NCBI GenBank assembly: GCA_026014495.1
Contig: JAOZIF010000101.1
Span: forward strand, 1 to 20,612
Direction: 5' to 3'
Length of the DNA: 20,612 bases
DNA from: Candidatus Bathyarchaeum sp.
GTDB taxonomy: Archaea; Thermoproteota; Bathyarchaeia; Bathyarchaeales; Bathyarchaeaceae
Positions 1 to 7,362 of this stretch are shown piece after piece. Positions within the stretch are counted from its first letter, which is position 1. Each line of letters begins with the position of its first letter. The notes under the pieces are model-generated. The model made no database searches. It was given only the letters and a program-made list of their open reading frames with translations, and was not told the DNA's origin. Made by a program: the position numbers and the translations under genes.

Positions 1-36
1 GTTCGTATGTTTTTACTCCCTCAAGAGCGTATTCTT

Positions 37-1095
37 TCATATTTCAACCTCCGAGTAGTCGCCAACATGAAGCTTTAAGCAACCATTTCGATGGTTCTTA
101 GTTACTTTTGCGTTTTTTCCTATCAAGCTTTCTTCTAGGCGGTCAACACCGGTTATTTGTGCATGATCCAAAATAACACTATAGTCTATAACGCTGTCAA
201 CAATTTTTGACCCATCGCCAATACTGGTATATGGACCAATGAAAGAGTTTTCAATAACACAACAATCTCCTATAACACAAGGTCCACGAAGAGTGGAATT
301 AACAACTTTTGCCCTTTTTTGGATATCCACTCTTCCTTCAATTTTGGTATCAATTACAGTTCCAAAAATTTGTTGTTTGGCATATTGATCTAAAACTTTG
401 GCGTTGGCTGTTAATATGTCGTCTTTTTTTCCAGTGTCAAGCCACCAAGTGTTAAGAGCCTCAGCTTTTACATTATAGCCCATATCAACCATCTTTTGTA
501 TGGCATCAGTAATTTCAAGTTCACCTCTCCACGAAGGCTTGATTTGATCTATTGCATCAAAAATTTTGCTAGAAAAAATGTAAGTTCCAACTATAGCAAG
601 GTTTGATTGAGTGTTTTTCGGTTTTTCAACAAGTTGTATAATGTTGTTGTTATCATCAAGTGTTGCGACACCAAATTTTGTTGGATCTTCAACAGGCTTT
701 AGCAGTATTAACGCATCCATGTTTTTTGCTTTGAATTTTTTAACATATGTAGTTAATCCGAGGCCTTGTAAGTTGTCACCAAGGCACATTATGAAGTCGT
801 CTGATCCCAAGAATTTTTTTGCAGTTTTGACGGCATGTGCTAAGCCCAACGGCTCTTGGGTGATGTAAGTGACTTTGAAGCCCCACTCGTTTCCATCTTT
901 TACGTATTCTTTTACATAGTGACCAGTTTCAGGAGCGATTATTAACCCAATTTGATTTATCCCAGTTTCAGCCACTTGATCTAAAACATAACCAAGAACA
1001 GGTTTATTGGCTAAAGGAATTAGTTGTTTTGCTAAAGTAAAAGTTAAGGGTCTAAGTCTAGTTCCTTTACCTCCGCTTAAAACTAGAGCCTTCAA
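37..1095 (-). CDS. rmlA: Glucose-1-phosphate thymidylyltransferase, long form with C-terminal left-handed beta-helix
   Basis: KALVLSGGKGTRLRPLTFTLAKQL nucleotidyltransferase signature, GLAHAV, EKP, RGELEITDA and WWLDTG motifs, and C-terminal hexapeptide repeats (IGDCCVIENSFIGPYTSIGDGSKI). The ORF track starts at TTG 1107. TTG 1095 (MKALV) follows a GGTG at 1102-1105 and is the more likely start. Confidence 0.9.
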   Translation of the reverse strand: MKALVLSGGKGTRLRPLTFTLAKQLIPLANKPVLGYVLDQVAETGINQIGLIIAPETGHYVKEYVKDGNEWGFKVTYITQEPLGLAHAVKTAKKFLGSDDFIMCLGDNLQGLGLTTYVKKFKAKNMDALILLKPVEDPTKFGVATLDDNNNIIQLVEKPKNTQSNLAIVGTYIFSSKIFDAIDQIKPSWRGELEITDAIQKMVDMGYNVKAEALNTWWLDTGKKDDILTANAKVLDQYAKQQIFGTVIDTKIEGRVDIQKRAKVVNSTLRGPCVIGDCCVIENSFIGPYTSIGDGSKIVDSVIDYSVILDHAQITGVDRLEESLIGKNAKVTKNHRNGCLKLHVGDYSEVEI

Positions 1096-1130
1096 ACTCA
1101 ACACCAACGAAGAAAGTTAATTCTTACGAT

Positions 1131-1163
1131 TAGCTTTAAATTTTTGTTAACATCCAACAAAAA
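1131..1163 (-). promoter_or_regulatory. Putative archaeal-type BRE/TATA element (AACAAAAA-TTTAAAG) overlapped by an 8-bp inverted repeat, upstream of rmlA
   Basis: The minus strand reads AACAAAAATTTAAAGCT, with TTTAAA at 1140-1135, about 28 nt upstream of TTG 1107. TTTTTGTT (1141-1148) and AACAAAAA (1156-1163) form a perfect inverted repeat with a 7-nt spacer. The AT-rich background lowers significance. Confidence 0.35.
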
Positions 1164-1219
1164 GTGCAGTTGAAATGCATTAGACAAAATTTCAATATTT
1201 TTGTAGGTTTCAACGAACA

Positions 1220-2554
1220 TTATATTAAACCGCTCTTTCGATGGTTTTCTACATAATCTAGGGATCTTCTCACACAGGCATCCATGTTTAGATACGCAAA
1301 CTCTGAAAATCGTCCCAGAAGGTCCACACCAAGAGCATTCAAATAATTTTTTATCAAAGTTATATTTTGTTCATAATCCAAATCATTGATCACATACGCA
1401 AATTCTGTCTTTTTAACAGCTGTAAAACAGATGCTTTTCTTGTCTAAAATTTTGAGAGAATGCAAATCATCTATAACGTGTTCAATTAACCTTGATTCAC
1501 TCATTCTCCATATTTTGTCGCATTTACTGCAAGTAACTTCTGCTAAGACCGAAGATTTGCCTTTTGGAACAACATCTGGACTATAGTTTGATGGAAAACT
1601 AACTCTATGAGGCATCACGTTTTTGTCTGGAATATAAAGCCAAGATAAATTGTTAATCGTATTAGTGTTCAACCCAAGCATTACAGTTATTAACGAAGCA
1701 TATTTCAAATCCCGTCCAGCTTTTCTGATTTCTTTAGGAGTATCTAAGGCGCCAAGAAATTTTTGCACCGGAATTGTTGAAACAATTTTGTCATAAAACT
1801 TCTCTTCAACCCCATTTGAAATAATCCATTTTTCGTTTTCTTTAGTCACACGTGTTACTTCAAAGTTTGTTGTTATCTTATCATCTATTTTTTGTTTCAA
1901 ACTGTTTCCTAGAGCCTGAATTCCATCAACCTTCGGGTAATAAAAAAACAGTTGATGCGTGTATCCTTCAGTTTCGATTCCCAAAGACGACTTCACTATG
2001 TCCGCGACAGGAGGATTAGGGATACGGTCAACCCATTTCAAACTAGTTTTTGATGGCGGATATTTCCATATTTTTTCGTTATATGGAATCAAATATTTTT
2101 CTGAAATTCCTTTACCAAAAGTGTAGTAACACCATTCTTGGAGATTACGCGGTTTTTGCAGTTTATTTTGCGCTTTTTTAAGTGTTGTCTGGAAAAAAGT
2201 ATACAAACATTCAAAGTTTTCTTGTTGGGAAAGGTTTGCTAAACCATTTTCGAACGGATACTTAACATAACGGTTGTTATATAACACTTTGGTGTTACGC
2301 ATTCTTTTCAATTTGTTGTAGCCCAGAAGATCTAGAATGAAATTTTGGGCAATATTATCTTTTGAAAAAATTACATGTGAACCGCAATAATCAAAAGTAA
2401 ATCCGTCTTTCTTCAGACTTCGAATAAGTCCACCACATTCGGCTTCTTTCTCAAGGACTTCTAGACAATACCCTTCTTTGTTCATCAGGTAGCCCAAGGT
2501 AAGACCAGTTAATCCTGCACCAAGAACCGCAGTCGTCCCAGATTCCAAATTCAA
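1220..2554 (-). CDS. FAD-dependent oxidoreductase, UDP-galactopyranose mutase-like (protoporphyrinogen oxidase/amine oxidase fold)
   Basis: N-terminal GAGLTG dinucleotide-binding motif, LEKEAECGGL, GFTFDYCGSHVIFS, PYNEKIW and C-terminal GRFSEFAYLNMD. Located in a nucleotide-sugar locus. TTG start. Confidence 0.7.
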   Translation of the reverse strand: MNLESGTTAVLGAGLTGLTLGYLMNKEGYCLEVLEKEAECGGLIRSLKKDGFTFDYCGSHVIFSKDNIAQNFILDLLGYNKLKRMRNTKVLYNNRYVKYPFENGLANLSQQENFECLYTFFQTTLKKAQNKLQKPRNLQEWCYYTFGKGISEKYLIPYNEKIWKYPPSKTSLKWVDRIPNPPVADIVKSSLGIETEGYTHQLFFYYPKVDGIQALGNSLKQKIDDKITTNFEVTRVTKENEKWIISNGVEEKFYDKIVSTIPVQKFLGALDTPKEIRKAGRDLKYASLITVMLGLNTNTINNLSWLYIPDKNVMPHRVSFPSNYSPDVVPKGKSSVLAEVTCSKCDKIWRMSESRLIEHVIDDLHSLKILDKKSICFTAVKKTEFAYVINDLDYEQNITLIKNYLNALGVDLLGRFSEFAYLNMDACVRRSLDYVENHRKSGLI

Positions 2555-2647
2555 CCCGCCTAGTCACTAATATCTAGTCAGTTATAGAAGCATGTGTGTA
2601 ACATTTCTTTGCATGTTGAAACCAAAACGTAAACGTTTGATAAACAA

Positions 2648-3367
2648 TCAAGCAACCTTTCTAACCAGCTTTTGCGCTTGTTTCAAATCTTGTTTGGTGT
2701 CTATTTCTAAACAAATTTCGTTATCAAAGTATAGTGGATGGAGTAAAAATTTATCCGACATTGTGTTGAAAACAGTTTCAGCATAAATTTTGGTTTTTCG
2801 TTGTTTGATAGCATTTTCAATTGCAGTTAACCATTTCAGATAATCAAATTTTGAAAGTTTGTACATAGGAGCTAAGAAATAGGCGTTTTCACCAAAACAA
2901 TCAACACCAATTCGAATTATTGCCCCATTTTTGATTATGGCTTTAAAGTCTTTTTCAGGAGGAGACATAACTGATTTTTTAACTGGTACACAAGTTGGAT
3001 ATTCTGAGTTTACCAAGTTAACAAGCAATTGTTTTTCAAAAAATAAATCACCGTGCATCAAGATGATGTCATCATCTACGAACTCTCTTGTTAACCACAT
3101 TGAATAGATATAGTTAGTTGTTCGATATTTTTGGTTCTTCACGTAAGTGATGCGCACATCAGGATATTGCTTTTTTACATAGCTTTTTATTTGATTACCA
3201 AACGGCCCAGTTGTTAAGATAAAGGAATTAAAGCCACAATCAATTAACATTTCAAGTTGATAACCAAGAAGAGGCTTAGAATCTATATTCAAAAGAGCTT
3301 TAGGTCGATATCTAGTCATCGGGTATAACCGTGTACCCCGTCCAGAATTCAGTATTATTGCTTTCAT
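2648..3367 (-). CDS. LicC/PntC-like nucleotidyltransferase (probable phosphonate cytidylyltransferase)
   Basis: MKAIILNSGRGTRLYPMTRYRPKALL signature, NYIYSMW, HGDL and terminal EIDTKQDL, all typical of phosphocholine/phosphonyl cytidylyltransferases. Starts 13 nt after the Fe-ADH stop, inside the pepM cassette. Confidence 0.8.
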   Translation of the reverse strand: MKAIILNSGRGTRLYPMTRYRPKALLNIDSKPLLGYQLEMLIDCGFNSFILTTGPFGNQIKSYVKKQYPDVRITYVKNQKYRTTNYIYSMWLTREFVDDDIILMHGDLFFEKQLLVNLVNSEYPTCVPVKKSVMSPPEKDFKAIIKNGAIIRIGVDCFGENAYFLAPMYKLSKFDYLKWLTAIENAIKQRKTKIYAETVFNTMSDKFLLHPLYFDNEICLEIDTKQDLKQAQKLVRKVA

Positions 3368-3380
3368 GGGTGATCACAAG

Positions 3381-4511
3381 TTACAAAATTCTACTTAAAA
3401 TTGCTCGTAACTCATCTGGAGTTACTTCACGTGGATTATTCGCGGCTCTGTCGGGCCTAAACCCTTCATTAATTATCAAATCTATATCTTCACGTTTAAT
3501 TCCAACTTCACTTAACAGGGTAGGCAAAGCTACATCTAAAATAAGCTGTTTAACTTTTTGTACAAAAATATCAATCGTATCCGTACCAACCATTTTAGCC
3601 AGACGCAACATTCGTTCTTCCAACACTTCAGAATTAAACTGAATAAAAGAAGGCAATGTAAAAGAACAGGCTAATCCGTGAGGAACATCAAAAAAAACAG
3701 TCAAAGGATAAGAAACCGCGTGAACAATTGTAGTTTTTGTTATACTAATAGCAAGCCCTGAAAAAAGACTAGCAAGTGCCATATTACGTCTAAAGGTTAG
3801 GTCTTCAGGAAAATTACATGCTCCAACAAGATTCTCGAAAACCAACTTGACACCTTCAATTGCAAAAAGATCACTTACAGGGGTCCGATTTTTGGACCAA
3901 TAAGACTCAATGCATTGTGAAAGAGCATCTAATCCAGTGGTTGCAGTAACAAATTTTGGCATAGTTAGAGTAAGATTTGGATCAATTATAGCCACTTCTG
4001 GACGTATGAAATCACTAGTTAATGATAACTTTTTTTTCAAATTAGCATCTACAATTGAAGCATATTGTGTAACTTCGCTTCCAGTCCCAGAAGTAGTGGG
4101 AATTGCTATAACGGGAATTCCCTTGTTAGCTATTTTTGCAACACAATGAAGATAATTTGACAGAAAAACAGTGTTATTTGCCAAGATGGCTATCGCTTTG
4201 GCAAAGTCAATAACACTTCCGCCACCTAACGCGATCACCAAATCTGCTTCCTCTTTTTCCAAAAAAATTTTTCCATCTTCAACATCATCAACGGTGGGGT
4301 TGTGTGTTGCGTTATCATAAACAACAACTGAACGATTTCCCAGTTGATCTAGAATGTTCTTTGTTACACCAGACTGTTTCATGCTTTGTTTTCCTGTGAC
4401 TAGCAGGATTTTTTTGGGATTAAAAGATTCAGTTATTTCAGCGAGTTTTCCAATTGAGTTTACACCAAAGAGTATCTTTGTCGGTAAGTAGCAGCTCCAA
4501 AGATTCATCAT
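3381..4511 (-). CDS. Iron-containing (group III) alcohol dehydrogenase, probable phosphonoacetaldehyde reductase (PhpC/FomC type)
   Basis: ALGGGSVIDFAK, IPTTSGTGSEVT, DALSQCIESYWS, HAVSYPLT and VPHG motifs. Directly downstream of pepM. The ORF track starts at 4529, but ATG 4511 or 4508 is more likely. Confidence 0.85.
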   Translation of the reverse strand: MMNLWSCYLPTKILFGVNSIGKLAEITESFNPKKILLVTGKQSMKQSGVTKNILDQLGNRSVVVYDNATHNPTVDDVEDGKIFLEKEEADLVIALGGGSVIDFAKAIAILANNTVFLSNYLHCVAKIANKGIPVIAIPTTSGTGSEVTQYASIVDANLKKKLSLTSDFIRPEVAIIDPNLTLTMPKFVTATTGLDALSQCIESYWSKNRTPVSDLFAIEGVKLVFENLVGACNFPEDLTFRRNMALASLFSGLAISITKTTIVHAVSYPLTVFFDVPHGLACSFTLPSFIQFNSEVLEERMLRLAKMVGTDTIDIFVQKVKQLILDVALPTLLSEVGIKREDIDLIINEGFRPDRAANNPREVTPDELRAILSRIL

Positions 4512-4532
4512 GTGTATCGAAGAGTTCAATGA

Positions 4533-6254
4533 TTAATATACCACCTTTTTTGCCATTTCATAGTCTTTCTTATTATGAATTTCCATCCAGCCCTTGTTAG
4601 TCTCGATGTAATTAACAGTAAATCCCCTATCGATCATTTCTTGAATCATATCAACTATTGAAGCTTTACCAAAACTTTCGCTTTCATGAAATCTTCCGCT
4701 ATGATTCTTTAAACAATCGGAATACAATTCTTTTAGATTTTTTGCACCATATTCAGAAAATTTGGCTATACCAATAAATTCATGAGTTGCAATATCTTTT
4801 TTGATTTTCTTGCCGATGTATGTTACCTCTTTTTCAAGAGCAATAGATGGTTGCCGATAGTACCCACCTTCTTGCTTACCAATTAACAAGTCGAGCTCTT
4901 TGTCGATTTCATGCCGATGATAAGGATATGACGCATCAGCAATTAGAACTATATCCGCCGTGCTCTTAAGAAGACTGACGATAATAGATTCGTCAAACAA
5001 AATATCAGAAAATATTAAGAAAAATCCATGATCCATTTCGGCTTGAGCAGAAAACAGGGAGTGAAGTGAACCTGTAGTGTAATCAGGTGCATCATAATAT
5101 TTTACCCCATTGTAACTAAATTTCTCTTTGGCATAACCTCGTACAACTGTTACATCAGCTATTCCACAATGTCTTAACACATCAAGCTGACGCTGCATAA
5201 CCGTTTTTCCGTTTACGTCAAGCATTGCCGAGGGCATACATTCAATAATTGTTTCTTTGGGTTTTCCAGCAGCAGGAATAATTACTTTAGCTTTGCTTTT
5301 GTCGAGTAATAGTTGGAGGTCTCTTTCCTTTATTTTTTCAAAACCAACCATATGCATTATGGTGGTTATTGGAGTGCAGTATGGTTCACTTTCGAAGGCA
5401 CGCCCTTTAAGCAGAATATTTTTGCAGACAGCTTGCATCGATTTTACTGAGGCACGCAACAGGTGATTGGCGTATATGACAATTTTGAACCCATGTTCAC
5501 AAAGTTCTTCTTCCTTGATAGTGTTATAAGTTGTAGGCACACAAATGAGTGGTCTATAAAAACCGATTTTTTCTAATAGCTTCGAATACTCCTTAGCAAA
5601 TTTAAGTACACGCACGGGGTCAGTTTCTCTCGAGTGAATTAGTATTCCATCTGCTCCTGCTTGCAAATATTTTTCTGCACGTAACAACGCATCTTCAACA
5701 TCGAATCCTGCAATCAGGCTCTCTATCCGGGCGAAAATCATGAAATCTTTTGAGAGCAAAGCTTCTTTTCCAAGCCTAATTTTATTTGCAAATACTTCTG
5801 GGGCCTCAAGATTTTGTATTGAACCATCATCCAGACTATTACGTTTAGGATATGTTTTATCTTCTATTACAACAGCTGAAACGCCTAAAAGTTCGAGTCT
5901 ATTTAGAAAATACTCGAAATTAGCGATTTCTCCTCCAGTATCACCATCAACTATCAAGGGCTTGTCAGTAACATTCATTATTCGTTCTATGGTACTAAGT
6001 CTTGAGTCGGGACTAACAAGCTCAATATCTGGAAGTCCTTTTGATGTTGAATCAGTAAAACCACTGCCCCATAAAGCGTCAAATTCTAAAAAGTTGTTCT
6101 CGCCACCGTTTCCTAACTCAAGTTTTACATTATTTGCAACTAATGCGCTGATTCCATCATGAACCTCAATTGCACGTACAAGTTGTTTGTTTTCAAGTAG
6201 AGTTCTCAGTTTGCCGCGTAATTCTTCAGGTGAATGTCGCCGTCTTGCACTCAT
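4533..6254 (-). CDS. pepM: Phosphoenolpyruvate mutase fused to a C-terminal nucleotidyltransferase-like domain
   Basis: PepM-diagnostic EDKxxxxxNS motif (IEDKTYPKRNS), plus EVHDGISAL, DSTSKGLPD, IVDGDTGG, ARIESLIAG, AGADGILIHSR and IYANHLLRAS. The C-terminal ~250 aa (VIIPAAG...RGY...FSDILF...GWMEIHNKKDY) has an NTP-transferase fold. ATG 6254 (MSARR) avoids overlap with the upstream gene. The ORF track gives 6293. Confidence 0.95.
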   Translation of the reverse strand: MSARRRHSPEELRGKLRTLLENKQLVRAIEVHDGISALVANNVKLELGNGGENNFLEFDALWGSGFTDSTSKGLPDIELVSPDSRLSTIERIMNVTDKPLIVDGDTGGEIANFEYFLNRLELLGVSAVVIEDKTYPKRNSLDDGSIQNLEAPEVFANKIRLGKEALLSKDFMIFARIESLIAGFDVEDALLRAEKYLQAGADGILIHSRETDPVRVLKFAKEYSKLLEKIGFYRPLICVPTTYNTIKEEELCEHGFKIVIYANHLLRASVKSMQAVCKNILLKGRAFESEPYCTPITTIMHMVGFEKIKERDLQLLLDKSKAKVIIPAAGKPKETIIECMPSAMLDVNGKTVMQRQLDVLRHCGIADVTVVRGYAKEKFSYNGVKYYDAPDYTTGSLHSLFSAQAEMDHGFFLIFSDILFDESIIVSLLKSTADIVLIADASYPYHRHEIDKELDLLIGKQEGGYYRQPSIALEKEVTYIGKKIKKDIATHEFIGIAKFSEYGAKNLKELYSDCLKNHSGRFHESESFGKASIVDMIQEMIDRGFTVNYIETNKGWMEIHNKKDYEMAKKVVY

Positions 6255-6276
6255 TGATAGAACATCCAAAATAAGG

Positions 6277-6843
6277 TTATCTAGGCAATGCAATTAAAGC
6301 ATTGACAAACCTTTTTGTAATTTCAGTCGGCTCAATTGAAACCCGTGGTACATCCACACGAACATTATCAACTTTGACATGTAAAAACGAGGGGCCTTCT
6401 GAACTAAGGGCTTCAACAAAGTGTTTCTTTAATGTAGTAACAGAATTGACATATTTGCTGTTTTTAATACCAGAAGAACGTGCTATAATGTGAAGCTCGG
6501 TTATGGAACTTGATGTTTGTTGCCCACCAGTGGATTCATGGCATTCGTTATCCAGAACTACGAATATGAAGTTTTTAGGAGATGTTTTCCCAATCGTTGC
6601 AAGAGTACCAAGAGACATTAGAGTGTTTCCGTCACCAGCAAGAATCACGATTTTAGCGTTTGGTTTTGCCAAACTTACACCTAATCCTATTGCAGGAGCC
6701 AAACCCATCGACCCTAGCATATAGAAGTTCTTTTCTTGATCTTTTATTGTAAAAAGTTCCCTGCTTATCATTCCATTACACGAAATGACGAATTCGTTGG
6801 TCAGGCAGGTGGCAATTACTTTGATGGCATCGTATCTTCTCAT
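6277..6843 (-). CDS. Phosphonopyruvate decarboxylase, beta (TPP-binding) subunit; ComE-like
   Basis: NFYMLGSMG, TPP-binding GDG...N motif (GDGNTLMSLG...VVLDNECHESTGGQ) and GPSFLHVKV. ATGA overlap with the alpha subunit. Adjacent to pepM. Confidence 0.88.
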   Translation of the reverse strand: MRRYDAIKVIATCLTNEFVISCNGMISRELFTIKDQEKNFYMLGSMGLAPAIGLGVSLAKPNAKIVILAGDGNTLMSLGTLATIGKTSPKNFIFVVLDNECHESTGGQQTSSSITELHIIARSSGIKNSKYVNSVTTLKKHFVEALSSEGPSFLHVKVDNVRVDVPRVSIEPTEITKRFVNALIALPR

Positions 6844-7328
6844 GTGATTACCCCCTTTTTTAGGATTAATGCAACAGGAGTTTTTTGTTTACACATTTTT
6901 TTTGAAAGCTGGTTCAACTGCTCAGTTAATCGTGTAGTTTCGGCTATTTCAGCAGGAATTTTCATGATATCTAAAAAGTTCATCATGCATTTTCCCATAT
7001 ACAAGTGCTCAGGAGCATCTTTCCCTTCAAAGCCACGCCATGAAATTAGCAGCAACATAGGAATCTTGTATAACAAAGCAAGAGAAGTAAGGGCATTCAC
7101 AGACTGCCCTAATCCAGAGTTCTGCATAAGAACAACAGGCTGTTTTCCAGCCATATATGCACCAACTGCGAGGCCAATTGCTTCATCTTCGCGGGTTGCT
7201 GAAACGTAACTAAAAACATTGTCTTCAGACATGTATTTGATTATTGAGCTTAAAATGGAACAAGGTACACCAGTATAGAAATCGAAACCTCGTGTTTTCA
7301 AAAGCTGACAAAAATGTTCATGATTCAT
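6840..7328 (-). CDS. Phosphonopyruvate decarboxylase, alpha (Pyr-domain) subunit; ComD-like
   Basis: FYTGVPCSIL, ATREDEAIGLAVGAYMAG, LMQNSGLG, ISWRG and PEHLYMG motifs of the Ppd/ComD N-terminal domain. Confidence 0.88.
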   Translation of the reverse strand: MNHEHFCQLLKTRGFDFYTGVPCSILSSIIKYMSEDNVFSYVSATREDEAIGLAVGAYMAGKQPVVLMQNSGLGQSVNALTSLALLYKIPMLLLISWRGFEGKDAPEHLYMGKCMMNFLDIMKIPAEIAETTRLTEQLNQLSKKMCKQKTPVALILKKGVIT

Positions 7329-7362
7329 TTTATTACGCCCTTTAAGTTGTCACCCAATATTT

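Noticed and set aside
2560-2581. CTAGTCA 7-bp direct repeat and nearby AAACGT repeats in the gap before the mutase-like gene
   Set aside because: Too short to exceed chance expectation.
4533-6293. Isocitrate lyase, methylisocitrate lyase or phosphonopyruvate hydrolase call
   Set aside because: The catalytic-loop motif is EDKTYPKRNS (PepM type), not the KKCGH/KRCGH of the lyases, and the context is biosynthetic.
6277-7328. Coenzyme M biosynthesis (comDE sulfopyruvate decarboxylase)
   Set aside because: No comA/comB/comC or cysteate synthase is nearby. The genes abut a PepM with an intact EDKxxxxxNS motif and a phosphonoacetaldehyde-reductase-type ADH.
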